DNA from: Camelus dromedarius
Taxonomy: Eukaryota
NCBI RefSeq assembly: GCF_036321535.1
Contig: NC_087472.1
Coordinates: 99,760,001 to 99,824,000 of the forward strand
DNA length: 64,000 nucleotides
Reading direction: 5' to 3'
Part shown: positions 28,006 to 41,061 of the stretch, in pieces
How positions within the stretch are numbered: the stretch's first letter is position 1
Layout: each line of letters opens with the position of its first letter
Program-made: the position numbers and the translations under genes
The notes under the pieces: model-generated
What the model was told of the DNA's origin: nothing
What the model saw: only the letters and a program-made list of their open reading frames with translations
Database searches by the model: none

Positions 28006-28011
28006 AATAAA
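28006..28011 (+). terminator. Candidate proximal poly(A) signal of BCLAF3
   Basis: AATAAA overlapping an upstream TGTA; followed by an A-rich run, so internal priming could also mimic usage. Confidence 0.4.
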
Positions 28012-28668
28012 AAACAAAAACAAAAGTATCCGAATTGTATAGTGTCTGTACATGAAAGAACTTGAAACAGTGGCCTTATGGTAGCAATTTTTATACAAGA
28101 TTTTTCTTTTTCTGATGACATTTTGGCTTACAACTTGAAGTTTTCTTAAGCTTCTGAAGATCAAGGTCTATATAATTCATGCATTTCATATTATGACACA
28201 GGAAGGCAAGAGAAAAGGTGCTTCAAATTTTCCATCAGGTAGTTATGAGTGCACTGAATTTTTAGTAATTGGTTCATTCGGTTTTTTCCACAACTATTTG
28301 CTCTTTTCCACTTTCAAAATGCTCTTGTTGAAAATCCATATTTTATAATCTGTATTCCATCTTTCTTTCCCTCAGGGCAAGCTTGTGCAGATCATATTTT
28401 TAAAGGCTTTTAAAAAACTGACAAGCAAAATCTCATATTGGAAACTGTACTTTACTATTACAGCATTACACAGTTTGCAAGCACATACTCTAACATGTTT
28501 ATCTTCATTTTAGTTGTATTGAGTACCTACTGTGTATAAAGTAACACTGATGGGACTTTAAATGATCTTCTAGGTCTCAGTACCTTATTTCTTTATGTTT
28601 TCTCTGTTCTGCTTGATAGTGCGTATACATTCCCATTTAAATTTTTGTGAAATGTTTAATTGTAATGA

Positions 28669-28674
28669 AATAAA
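28669..28674 (+). terminator. Candidate main poly(A) signal of BCLAF3
   Basis: AATAAA with TGTA (CFIm motif) at 28661 and T/GT-rich sequence downstream. Confidence 0.55.
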
Positions 28675-29574
28675 ATATTGTTGCTCCTTCTGCTCGAAGC
28701 AGTTACTTGCTAGTTTGTGAGAACATTATTTTAATTTTGCATGGCAGGTATAGCCTGGGTAGGACCTACTGGTGTTTAAAACACTATTCTACACTTACAA
28801 AGTCAGAACTTGCTGCATCAAAATCTGATAAGAACTTAATTTTTCATGACTGGATTATGAAAAATCTTACTGCAAACATTTAATTTTTAAAAATATACCT
28901 TTAAAAGATAGAGCAGCCATTTCCTTAGTGGGTCAACAGTAAAGGAGGGTCAAGAGCACTTGATGCATTAAAATCGGGTAATAAATTTGGATAGATGACC
29001 TGTCTTATGCTGTGTACTGTCTCTGTAGGTCACGTTTTCCAAACATATTTAACATTCCACTTATGGTAAGGAAGAAATGCATGCACACGGTAGAAGACAA
29101 CTTTATTTTGTGTTAGGTACTCATAACATCTGCCTTAAATTTTTAAATAATTTATTTCATTTATTCCCATATTCTGACGGATAGTAATAAGCCTTGAATA
29201 GCTGATCATTAGATTAACACATATTTATTGCACAGATTCTGCCCTAAAATTACAGCAGTGAACAAGAGAAGACTCATGGAGCCTGTCTTTACAGTACGAA
29301 CAGTCTGATGGGAAAACAGACATTAAACATAGAAATGTAACTCAGTAAACAACATTGATACTATAGTTTGATTTTTATTTATTGTAGCACTTAAGTGTAA
29401 AATAGTTTCATTACTTAATCATTCCACAACTGATTTTAGGCATATTTGAGCATACGTTTGGCACTCTCTCAAAATGTTATTTGCAAAATACCTATTTGTA
29501 GCATGGATGTACTTAGAAAACATAGAGTGCATAAGGTCTAAAGGCTAAAAAGAAAGGCTTGCTTTATAATTTAG

Positions 29575-29690
29575 AGTATAAAATAAGGACAGGGGCCATG
29601 TCTGTCTTGTTCATTGTAGCATCTCCAGCTGCAAGCATCCTACTTGACACATAGTAGAAACTCATGAAATACTAGTTGCATGAATGAGTA
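29575..29690 (+). mobile_element. L2 3' end
   Basis: ggacaggggccatgtctgtcttgttcattg...gacacatagtag...tgaatga; further reversed L2 pieces near 29210-29340 and 29880-30010. Confidence 0.7.
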
Positions 29691-30139
29691 ACAAATAGAA
29701 TATGTATATTAGGAACTAAATATCTTAATTTTCATGTGGAGGTTGAACAAAAGGTTATCCATGGCACTTTTTATTGACTGGAAAGAATTTGAATTCTTTA
29801 ATGCATGAGACTTTAGAAAAGAAGTTGTTTTGATAAGTCACATTCATTGCTTTCTCCCTTTCCTCCTCTGTGTGGAAGGCCCTTCTCTGGCACTGGAAGA
29901 CAGAGATAATAAGACACAGTTCCTGCTCTGAGGAACCTCACAGACTGGGGAGGAGATTCACAAAAGCAAAGAACTGCAATCTAGAGCGTTAAGTACTATA
30001 GCGGACGTAATCTACTCAAGGTTGAGAGAAAAATTGGCATTCCTGGTTGAGTAGCCCCTGGTCATGTTTCTTTCTTACTGGTTTCGCAAACCTCAGAAGC
30101 CACTATTCTGTTGGTGGTTTTGCTAGTTTTAAAATTAGA

Positions 30140-30250
30140 TGGGTTGGGGAAAACTGGGTAAAGGTGTACATGGGATCTCTCTGGATTATTTCTTACAGCT
30201 TCATATAAGTCTAAAATTATCTCAGTATAAATTTCAGTTTTAAAAAGAAT
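30140..30250 (+). mobile_element. L1MC-like 3' end
   Basis: gggaaaactgggtaaaggtgtacatgggatctctctggattatttcttaca...tctaaaattatctca. Confidence 0.7.
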
Positions 30251-31230
30251 CAACTATAAATCTTACCACAGGGAAAAAGTACTATAAATATTTTGGAGGA
30301 TACATTTTCTTTTTTTTTTTTCTATTGGAAAAAGAACTATTATACTGACATTATAATTATGTATATGCATAATATGGACCACATTTTACCCAATAAATCT
30401 TAGATTTTTAAATAGTTTTTAGGAAAAGAATGGAGATACTTTCAGGTGGAAGCAAGAAAAAGCAAGCTGGATCAGAAACTCTCCTACATTATCTAGCAAA
30501 TCCAATAACCAGCAACCACAGACTGGCCCGCAGCCAGCAGACAAGGACGCAGGGAAATGATGCTCATGCAACAAAGGTGCGGCCTGACTTCAGCCCTCCC
30601 CACCTCGCTAAGTAGCACTGAGCCAAGAAACGGAGTGACGGGGGCCCCAGTATGGACAAGGGGACAGAAGAGATGACTAGGTCACATGGAGAAGAGTCTA
30701 GGAAAATCCTTGGGAAGGTGGAGTCTATGCTATTGTCTCAGGTCCTCAGCGAAAGGGGAAAGATTCACCAGGACAAGACACTCTCCAGGTCACAGAGCAG
30801 CCTGGGGCAGCCAAAGCCCCCAGTATAAGATAGGCCTTTGGGTCCAGGAGCACCAGTTCTGGATGCTTAATGGGAACCCAGAAGAGAGAGAAGGATACCA
30901 GGTTCCCCAACACAGTTTCTCGAAAAGGAATGGTTATGAGCTCTGAATGCATTAAAATACTCAACGAAGATTTTAAAATTGAGGCATCAGAGTTGTAGAA
31001 TACAATATAAATGTTATAAATCTTGACAAAAATTAAAATGTGTTAATCAGTTGGGACATGGCAGGGGTGGGGTGGGGTGGGGGAAAATGGAACCAAGACT
31101 AAGAACTAACCACCTCATCTTCTGTGGCCAGGTATCAAGTTACAGTGTCTAAGATTTTGTTATATAAAATAGAATAAAACCTAGTGCCCAACCTTAAGTT
31201 GTTCATAGTCTTTTTTTCTTGACCTTAACG

Positions 31231-31414
31231 CAGTGGTTCTCAAAATGTGGTTCCCTAACCAGCAAAATCAGCATCTCATGTGAACTTGTTAGAAATGCAA
31301 ATTCTCAGGCCCCACGCTAGACCTGCTGAATCAAAAGCTCTGATGGTGGACCCAGCTGTCTTTTAACAAGCCCTCCAGGGGATTCTGATGCACGCTCAAG
31401 TCTGAGAATCACTG
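31231..31414 (+). mobile_element. MER5A (hAT MITE), full length
   Basis: TIRs cagtggttctca and tgagaatcactg; gaacttgttagaaatgcaaattctcaggcccc core. Confidence 0.9.
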
Positions 31415-32439
31415 GTTTCCTTAGGTTTTTTTAGGAACCCATAGCCCTTACAGTGAAAAGATATTAATCTGAAGTTCAGCAGCACCTTCAGCTTCATTTC
31501 TAATATTTTCTGTAGCATTCAAATCAAGTTAACTCTAAAACTTTTAAAAATAGAAAGTACAGTGATTCTCACCATCAGTCCTCTCCTCCGTGTACATGTG
31601 AAGAGAGAGGTCAGGACACATGCCCACCTGCTGTTAACATGGAATTTCTTAAGTGGTGAAGTTATAAGTGCCTCTTTGTGCTTTTCTGTATTGGTTGAAT
31701 ATAATGAGCATTGTATCGTTTTTATAAAATAAAGTCTTTTAATAAAAGTGGTAAGAATATTTCATCCTCTCCATTGTATATGTGTTACTAAAATCCATGT
31801 AAACAAGCTTTATCTCCTTAGTCCAGAAGGGTTTTACTCCTCCATCATCAAATGTGGACAAGCTTATTTAAGGTATGTGTTAACTTTTTAGTAAAATTAT
31901 TGCTTTATAATATTTAACATAATTACATATAATTTGAATTCACTCAGAATAGTATGTAAAAGGAAGAAAAATTCATAACCACACTGTTCACATATTTAGT
32001 GTAAACTAACATTTTGCTATTTGTTATTAGTCTTTTTTTCTGAGCTTTTTCTTTCTGGTAGTTGAGATAATGTCTTATTTATGTATATTCGGAAGCCTTT
32101 GCACATAGTCACATAATGTGTTTGCGGTTTGTATGACAGTCAAGTCTATGTATTTTAGAGGGCAGAGGACAGAATCTCATTCCCAGAAAGCTAAAAATGT
32201 CTTACAAAATTCTGAATTATTAAAATTAGGAGAGCTGATTTGTTTTTGCTGTACACATCGTTTAAGATATGAAAAACTAGATTAAATTTTATAGATAATC
32301 TTCTAAAGTAAATTCTTACCTCAGATTCTAGTCCCTTCTAGTGATACTTAAAGTAATATTTAGTAAAGGAGAAATTGACTCCAGTGTTGGGACGTTCTTG
32401 GTGATGAGAGTTTCTTCAAGGGATTGCAGGGAACACGGT

Positions 32440-32810
32440 GCTGCAGACTTAATGGTCTCTTAACAACTGTGGTGAAAAACGTTGCCTAGAAGTTCCTCAG
32501 AAAGCCCATATAATGCAACAATTCCACTCCACACCCAAAAGAAGTGAAAAGAGAGACTCACATACGTGTGCTTGCGGCATTATTCACAAAAGCCCAAAGG
32601 TGGAAACAACTCAAGTGTCCATCAACAGATGAACAGATAAAGTGTGGTCTATCAATGGACTCTTACTCAGCCATAAAAGTGAATGAAGTGCTGACACATG
32701 CTACCACGGGCATAAGCCTGGTAAATGTTACGCTGAGTGAAATAAGCCAGTCACAAAAGGACAAATATTATATGATTTGACTCATATGAAATATCTAGAA
32801 TAAGTTGGAA
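32440..32810 (+). mobile_element. L1MB-like ORF2 end / 3' UTR
   Basis: ORF 32544..32780 contains AALFTKAQRWKQLKCPS...YSAIKVNE, the L1 ORF2 C-terminus. Confidence 0.85.
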
Positions 32811-33729
32811 ATAACTTTCTTTGTAGTTTAGAAACATTTCTCCATTGCTTTGGCTCCTGCTCCTGTATATGTGAACTATTTTTCTTTTATCCTCAGAGAT
32901 TTAGGATTTTGTCTTTTTCTCTGATACTCTGAAAGTCATCGATGAGGGGTCCTGTGTATGAGTCTTTCATGCAGGACTCTGAGCTCCTGCTGGGCCCCTT
33001 CTGTGATCATCTCCCTTCCACCATCTCTCTCTCCTGAAGCGCTGTCCTTACCTCCAACCCTCAAGCCAGCACTTGGCAATGTGGACTCTTTTTCAATTGT
33101 TTACTCTTCTCATCACTTTTGCTATTTATTCACTTTTTGTATCTCTTCCAGAGCTCCTGCTCTTTTGGTGTTTGTTGAATTCAGTGACTTCTTTTCCCTT
33201 CCTGTGGCTTCCCCTACCTGGTCTTCTCCCCTGGACCTCTTCTCCGTCTCCTCCAAGGCCTCTGGCCCTCTGTCTGCCCTCTTGTACTGGTCATCCTGAG
33301 AGCCCATTCCCTGGCTCTCTTCTCTCCCTCCACATTTTTCTTGGGTGATTTCATTTAGATTCATGTATTTTGATACCATGTGTTCATTAATGTTAAAAAA
33401 AAAAAAAAGTAATCTCCACCCCTGACCTCTCTTCCGTTTGTCACGTACAAATTTTCACCGGAATGTCCTACAACCATCTCAAACTCACTCTGCCTGAAAC
33501 TGAACTGAACCCCAAAAGTGTTCTTCCTCTGTTCATGATCTCAGGTAATAGCTCCCTAATTCACAAAGAGACTCAGAATCCAGGCAGTCCCTTCAGAGTC
33601 TGTTTTTTTCCAATTTTTGAAAAAAAAAAATCTCTCCTTGAATGACCAGCCATGACTTGATCTCACCTTTCTCACATCTGATCTTTGTTAAGTACCCGGT
33701 GCGGTGTGCAAGGCAGGTGGTGGGTAACA

Positions 33730-34060
33730 TTGCCACAGCTTTGAGATGACCAGAGGTTAAATGGCTTTCCCAAGGTTATGTAGTTACTGCGAGGTGGAAT
33801 TGGCAGCCAAGCCTAAGGCTCAGTCTCGCCTGTTCTGACCGTATGAATAACAGGTCACAAGTACCAAGTGCTTACTCTGTGTCAGGCAACGGCCTAGCAC
33901 TCTCCATGTATTAGCTCATTTCATCTTCAAAGACAAACGATGAGGTAGGTACTAGCATTATCTCTATTATACAGATGAGGAAACTGAGGCACAGAGAAGG
34001 GAAGTAACTGCCCAAGATCACCAGCTAATAAGTGCCAGAGCCATGTTTCAGACCCAGAAA
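33730..34060 (-). mobile_element. Two adjacent MIR fragments
   Basis: cagatgaggaaactgaggcacagagaagggaagtaactgcccaagatcac core, plus an upstream gaggttaaatggctttcccaaggtta piece. Confidence 0.85.
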
Positions 34061-34074
34061 GAATTTCTTTCTTA

Positions 34075-34985
34075 CAGTCAAGTTTGTTAAGTATGACTTT
34101 ATATACAGTAAAATTCACCCTTTTAAGGCATACAGTTCAGTAACTTTTGACAAATCTATACTGTCATTTAACCACCACCACAGTCAAAATATAAAATATT
34201 TTAATTACCACCCAATGTTCCTTTGTGCCCCTTTGTGGGCAATCCCCTCTCCCACCCCAAACAAACAAGTATGTGTTTTCTACCCCTATAATTCTACCTT
34301 TTCCAGAATGCCGTATACATGGAATCATACAGTATGTGGCCTGTTGTGTCTGACTTATTTCAGTTAACATAATGCTTTTGAGATTCGTCCATGTTGTTGA
34401 ATATATCTCACTAATTCGTTCCTTTTTATTGCTAAGTAAGTATTTCATTGTCTGGATGTACCATAATCTACTTACACATTCACTACTTGATGAAAATTTG
34501 TTCCTTCTACCTTTCAGCAATTATGAATTAAGTACAGGTCTTTATGTAGGCATATCTTTTTTAAAATAATTTTTCTTTTTTGGGGGGGTAACTAGGTTTT
34601 ATGTATTTATGTATTCATTTATTTTAATAGCGGTACTGGGGATTGAACCCAGGACCTCCTGCATGCTAAGCACATGCCCTACCATTGAGCTCTACCCTCC
34701 CCACCCATGTAGGCATATCTTTTTATTTCAATTAGGTAAATACCTAGAAGTGAGACTGTCAGGTCATAGGGTAAGTATATGTTTACTTGGTGAGAAATAA
34801 CCAAACCATTTTTTAATTGTATCTTTTTACACTCTCATTAGCAATTTATGAATGTTCCTGTGACTCCACGCCCATGCCAGTCTCAGTTATTTTGTTTGTG
34901 TGTTTTCAGCCATTCGTAGTTGTGAAGTGGCATTTTCTTAGCGGCTAATGATGTTAAGCATCTTTTCATGTGCTTATTTGCCAGT
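34075..34985 (-). mobile_element. L1MB/MC-like element interrupted by a SINE
   Basis: L1 3' end at 34080-34540; continues after 34724 to gatgttaagcatcttttcatgtgctta. Confidence 0.82.
34562..34706 (-). mobile_element. Vic-1-type camelid SINE (tRNA-Ala derived)
   Basis: Reverse complement ggggagggtagagctcaatggtagggcatgtgcttagcatgcaggaggtcctgggttcaatccccagtacc with A/B boxes and an A-rich tail; exact 18-bp TSD atgtaggcatatcttttt at 34544-34561 and 34707-34724. Confidence 0.88.
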
Positions 34986-36372
34986 CCTCTTACCCACTCC
35001 GCTAGCCTCCCGCTCAGAAAAGTGGACCAAACACATAAAATCCCTCAAATGTGCTGTGCTCTCCTGCCTTTGTACCTGTTCACGTGCTCTTTCCATTTCC
35101 ATTGTCCCAAATGCCCTTTCCCTGTATTGGCCTGGTTATTTGCTTCATACCTGACCCTTATGACGCAGATTGGTAGCTTTCCCAACCAAGCCTCACCAAG
35201 TTAGCTGCTCCTCCTCTGGGCTCCCGGAATACCTAAACACACCTGTGCTTAAGCCCTTAAAGGCACCGAATAGGAACCACAGCGTATTTCTCTCTTCCCT
35301 CCATCTAACGCCACACCTGACATAGGAGTAGCTAAAAAAAAAAACAAACAACAACAACAAAAAACTTATTGAATGTCCAAAGGCCTCCATATTAGCCAAA
35401 ACCTTGTAGTGGCTTCTTGGTACCTACAGACAAAAGAGTCCAAATTCTAGCATCTGGCTTATGAAGTACTTGGAGACAAAGGTAGGAAGGTGAGCTGCTT
35501 TTCAGGTTTCCTAGGTACCCAACTTCCTCTCACGAGCTCTCCTAGCAGCCCTGTTTCACAGTTTCCTGCAGACGAGAGGATGGAGCATGAAGGGAACCAT
35601 CCGACACCAGGCGTCTGCTCCGTGACAGGTGCTAAGTGGTAAGCTGTCTCACGGGTTGCCCTCACTGGGCTTTCTCCTGGCCTCAAGCCTTGGCTTCTTT
35701 GTTCCCCTCCCCAGCCTCTTTGCCACCAGTTCAAGTCCCACCTAGTTTTCCAGATGAGCATTTCTACCAGTATCTTAGTCCGCGTTTCCCCACATCAGAT
35801 CCTTAACACCTCAAGAACAGACATCTTGCAATTTCCCTTACACTGTTAGGGTTGGAGGCTACCAGCCACAGAGCAGTCCTCAGTAAATATTGTAGATGTT
35901 AAAAACAGCAATGAAATCTAGAAAAAATTGGGTTTTTGTAGTAGATCAGTATTGGGGGTGGGAAAGAATCCTTCGTTGTTTTCATGAGGCCGAGGTGTAG
36001 TTCTAATTATTCCACCAAATTTAGAAACACATGACATCATACATTTTGACCAATTGTCTATCTATCCATCTTTCTAAAACTTTTTTTAATTTGGAAATAA
36101 TTTTAAATGTACAGAAAAGTTTCAAGAATAGTACAAGGAGCCATATACCATTTACCCAGATCCACCTGGTAACAGTTTCCATTTGCTTTATCATTGTTCT
36201 GTGTGTGTATGCATACATATGCACATACATTTTTTTCTGAATTATTTGAGAGAAGGTTTCACACAGCGTTACCCATTTACCTCTCAATACGTCAGTGAAT
36301 GTTTCCTAAGAACAAGGACATTCTCTTACATAACTATAGTAGTTATCAACATCAGGAAATTTAACATTGATA

Positions 36373-36482
36373 ATGGTGATCATTTTGTAATGTATAAAAA
36401 CATCAAATCACTGTGTTGTACAGCTAAAACTAATATAATATTATAAGTCACTTATACTTTAGTTAAAAATATATATATATGA
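36373..36482 (+). mobile_element. Heavily 5'-truncated L1 3' end
   Basis: aaatcactgtgttgtacagctaaaactaatataatatt; 15/16 TSD aaatttaacattgata (36357) and aaagttaacattgata (36483). Confidence 0.8.
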
Positions 36483-36534
36483 AAAGTTAACATTGATAGA
36501 GTACTTTTATCTAGTTTTTGGTCCATATTCCAAA

Positions 36535-36685
36535 TGTGTCAGTTTCCTAGGACTGCTGTAACAAATTACCACAAACTTAGTGACTTAAAACAACACAAAT
36601 TTATTATCTTATAGTTCTGAGGACAGAAGTCTGAAATGGGCCTCATTGGGCTACAGTTGAGGCGTCAGCAGGGCTCCATTCCCGG
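36535..36685 (-). mobile_element. MLT1 LTR fragment
   Basis: agtttcctaggactgctgtaacaaattaccacaaacttagtgacttaaaacaaca. Confidence 0.85.
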
Positions 36686-38574
36686 CCAGAATACTATATA
36701 AATGATGCCGTGGGCCTCTCAGGAGGAACATCCATCTGCGTCTCACTGATGATGTTCATTTCGATCACCTGGTCAAGGAGTTGTCTATTCTTTCCACTAA
36801 ATAATTACTGGGGGGGTTTTTTGTCTTGCAATAAGTAGGCAGTCTATGAGGAGGCGTTTTCAGACTTCAGTATATGCTGCTCCTCATGAAAATAGCCGCA
36901 TACATTTAGTATCTATTGATGAGTTTTGTCTTAACCCATCTTTACGGTTATGGCTGCAAAATGATGCTTTCCTGACTGCGGTACTCCCTCCATGCTCACT
37001 GGCACTGGCATTCTATAAGCAAGACGCCTCCCTTTTCTCCTATTTGTCTATTTATTAATAGGTTGGATCCATTTCTACTTTTTCAGCGGTTTATGATTCA
37101 ATTTTGCCCTTGATTATCTTGGTGCTCAAATTATCCAAGCTTTGCCGATGGGAGTCTCTTTAAGCTGATTGCTATGTCTTCCTGCTGTGCCCCTATAATT
37201 GTTTCTAGCACTTCCTTACTTTGTGGCATAACAAGACTCTCCAGGCTCATCTTGGACATTTCCTGCCCTGGCCTTGAGATCAGCCATTTCTCCAAGGAGC
37301 CTTGATTCCTTTTAGTGGGGAATGGCATTAGAGACCAAGATTTGAGCACTAGTGCCCATTACTACTGGGGTGTCTGTTTCTAAGCCTTTTCAGCAGCCAT
37401 AGGTAGTGTACACACACACACACACACACACACAAACATGCATTTATATATACAGACATACTTTAGAAATGAAGAGGTCATGCCTATCCATCCCCATCGG
37501 ATTCTTCCTTGCCTTCCCTATTTCATATTTGTGTGTCCCTTCTTCCACAGTGAGGACCCTGGCTCCCAACATCAAATCATTTAACCCCTTGCTTAGTCCC
37601 ACAGTACATCTAAAATACTTTCAGAATAGCGTGGCTCATACCACTACAGGAAACAAACTAACAGTTCAGGATTTCTTTGCTGTTCTCCACCCCCACACCC
37701 CTAAAGACAGAAGGTATAAACACTGTGTTTATAAATTACTTGGATTAATCCTCCCTACCCACCCCATGGGGTGATTATGTTGTTTGTTTGAAATACAGTT
37801 GGGTTTTTTTCAACTTGCTTTCAGTTCTAGCTTTTCCCCCTCTTTCCATCCTTGTTCATTTGATTTGATCTTTTGAATATATAGAACATTAACATACGTC
37901 CACAAATCAAAGCTATACAAAAAGCTACACTAAGAGAAGTGTCACTCCCTCCCATATTCCTTCAACACTGTTCCCTCCCACGCCTTGTAGGCGACCAACT
38001 TCTGGCTTCTTGCTGTGTTTGTGGTAAAGACAAGCAGATATGTGTATGTTTTCTTATTTGCCTTTTCTCCCTATGCAGAAGGTAGTATCTTCCATATCCT
38101 TTTTTGCACTTTGCTTTTCTTACTTAAGAAATTCTGGAAATCACTCCATATCAGTTCATGAGATTGTCCTCATTCTCCTTTAAATCTGCACAGTCCTGCA
38201 CTTGTCTCTGTGCCACTATTCAACCACACGTTTATGTTCAGACATTTGGGTAGTTTCTGATATTTTGCAATTATAAATGACGCTGTAATCAATAATTTTG
38301 TGCATATTTATTTTCATCTTGTTGGAGGTAAATCTTCAGGGTCAATCTCAAGAAATGAGCCTGCTGGGCTGAAGGGTAAACTATATGGAGCACTCTTACA
38401 TCGTGCCAGCTCTTGTCCAGGGGAGTTCACGTTGCCTCCAGCAACGCAGGAGGCTGCCTGTTTCCCCACAGCCTGCCTGGTGGAGTATGTATTGACAAGC
38501 TTTTGAATTTTTGCCAATCTGATCCATAAAAAATGGTATCTCAATGTTGTTTTAATTTGCATTTCAACCAGGTA

Positions 38575-38865
38575 TATTTTAATTAATTAATTTGAAATAT
38601 AGGTGATTTGCAATATTATATTAATTTCAGGTGTATAACATAGTGATTCAATATTTTTATAGATTATACTCCACTTAAAGTTATTACAGAATAATGGCTA
38701 CATTTTCCTGTGCCGTACGATATATCCTTGTTGCTTATTTATTTTATATATAGTAGTTTGTGGCTCTTAACTCCCCACCTCTACCTCTACCTTGCCCCTC
38801 CCTTTTCCCCACTGATATCCTGATGAGTTTGTTCTCTATGTCCCTGAGTATGTTTCTGTTTTGGT
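38575..38865 (-). mobile_element. Younger (artiodactyl-type) L1 3' end
   Basis: tttcaggtgtataacatagtgattca...atatatccttgttgcttattt...tgttctctatgtccctgagtatgtttctgtttt. Confidence 0.8.
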
Positions 38866-39449
38866 TGCAAGTGTGATCGGCAGGTATCGAAACACATTTT
38901 ATACTCTCAATTTGATAGTCTCTAGAAAACTCTCTGGAAATAGTTTTCATCCTAGAAAAATTTTAGTACATATCCCACCCAAATGGACCAGGATGACTTC
39001 TGAGCCCTTCTACCTGTCTTTTTCTGCAGTTTGGTCTCTTCCTGTTCATGTTTTAGCTGGTTAGGGAGTCTTCTAAAGCTTTCTTGCCCCACCTAATGGG
39101 CAAGGCAAGGAATGGAGCTTCCTTTTTTGACTGCTGCCTGGAAACCAGCTGAGATTCAGCATCCATCAAGATGTTCTGGCCTCACATACCTTAGCCCGAA
39201 ACAAGACTCAAAGAGAACAAGACGTGGAGGTTTATAGTCATGGCTTCAACATCCTCCTACAGCATGTATAGCCACAGCACATGTTAGAGAGTGTTAATTC
39301 ATAAGGGTAGCTGACATCTTTTCTTTTCTTAGTTGTGCTAATCACTACATGTGCAATCTTTGGTCACAGCTGTTGCTGTAGTCTCCAGGGCCTCGGACGC
39401 TCGTTTAAAAAAGGTATTTATTTATTTGTTTGTTTGTTTATGCAAAATT

Positions 39450-40065
39450 AAAATAACTTTTCTTCTGGTTTTAAGAGTAATGCACGCTTGATGGGGGAAA
39501 ATATCCTAGAAAATACGAGAAAGCATAAAGAAGAAAATTATTTCCTCCACTCAGTGGTAACCAGAGTTAACAGTTTGGTCTCAATCCTGTGGGATTTTGG
39601 TACATATATACCCACTGTGCATGCACACACACACTCACACACACTCCCATTTTTCTACTCTGTCTCTCTCCCTACGTAAACTCACACACACGTACATACA
39701 TACCAAAACACTAACATTTCTCCACATGTAATACAACCACACTTTGTAAAAATAAAAATCAGATAGTAGTGAACTTACCATTTTGTATTTTTCTTTTTTC
39801 ACAATATACAGTGAATATCCTTTTCTATTCATGGTAAAGCTTTATAGCATCACGGTTAACGGCTACATCATAGTCTTTTTATAGCTGGAACTTAAACTTT
39901 TTTTTATCACGAACATGTATTTGTTTATAACTTTTCAGCATCATGAACAGAGTCTGTGAACACCAATTTTTGTACACATGATTAAGTATTCCATTAGCAT
40001 TTATTCCTAGAAGTAGAATTGTTGGGTCAAAGGGTGCATGTTTCTTTTTAAGGGTGCATGTTTTA
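39450..40065 (-). mobile_element. Old L1ME-like fragment
   Basis: aaatacgagaaagcataaagaagaaa...attcctagaagtagaattgttgggtcaaagggt. Confidence 0.6.
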
Positions 40066-40098
40066 AAAAATATTTTTGTTAAAATAATATAGACACAC

Positions 40099-40593
40099 TG
40101 GGGTAAGCAGAATAATGCCACGCCACCAAAGATGTCCATGGCCTCATCCCTGGGACCTGGGATGGTTTCTTACTGTACCTGGCAAAAGGAATTTTGCAGA
40201 TGTGATCAAGTTAATGATCTCAAGCTAGGGGGAGTGGTCTGGATTACCCAGGTGGGCCCAGTATAATCACAAGGGCCTTTAAATAGAAAAACAGGGAGGG
40301 AGACAAGATAGTCACAGAAGGAGATGTAATGATATAAGCATAGTTCGGAGAGAGGTAATTGCTGACTGGAAAAGGGCCACGAACCCAGGAACACTGTGGC
40401 CTCTAGTCTCTAGAAGCTGGAAAAGGCGAGGAAATAGGTTCTCCCCCGGAACCTCCCTGTCAGCGCTTCCGTCTCAGCTCACTGACACCCATTTTGGATG
40501 TCTAACCTCCAGAATGGTAAGATAATAATTTGGGTTGTTTTAAGCCACTGAGTTGGTGGCAATTTGTTACAGTAGTGATAGGAACCTGGTGCA
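40099..40593 (+). mobile_element. MLT1D-like solo LTR
   Basis: gcagaataatgcc...aaagatgtccat...ggattacccaggtgggccca...ttaagccactgagttggtggcaatttgttaca. Confidence 0.88.
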
Positions 40594-41061
40594 CCCAGAG
40601 TTTAAACAAGTGTCCTAAATAAGGCTTCTCTCCCTGTGAGTGGACCCTGCTTAACCCCCTGTGGGCGTCAGTTCCACTCCCCAGGGAAATCCACTTTCAA
40701 ATCTTATAGCTCTGTCTTCTGGATTTACCTCCTTTTATCTAAATCATATGCCTATTCTGCTGTTTCTTGATTTGCTAATTTCAGGCACAATCTAGCGAGC
40801 TCCTCTTAGAATAGAAGAGGACTGAGTCTACGTTATTCCGCCAACTTCCAACCTCAAAGTCTCCCGCTATATTATTATCATACTTTCTGGTTAATCAGTA
40901 TTACTTGCTTTATGACATATGACCATATAAATACTGTTTTTCTGATGGACAACCTAGGTTATACTATAGATTGTTTTCTTTTTTACAATTTTTGTTTATC
41001 CTGGTGTTAATAACGGTTGTGATTTTATTTGCTTCATTTTTAGACAGTCATTGAAATCCTC

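Larger units (their letters stand above)
27677..28700 (+). other. BCLAF3: BCLAF3 3' UTR (end inferred)
   Basis: AT-rich sequence without recognisable repeats after the stop; AATAAA at 28006, 28669 and 28980. Confidence 0.6.
36078..38565 (-). mobile_element. L1MC-like element with nested insertions
   Basis: 3' end near 36080; tgctcaaattatccaagctttgcc...ccttgagatcagccatttctccaaggagcc; ORF2 MQIKTTLRYHF..IRLAKI at 38314..38562(-). Confidence 0.7.

Noticed and set aside
34630..34703. tRNA-Ala-like sequence on the minus strand
   Set aside because: It is a SINE head with an A-rich tail and TSD; stems are degenerate.
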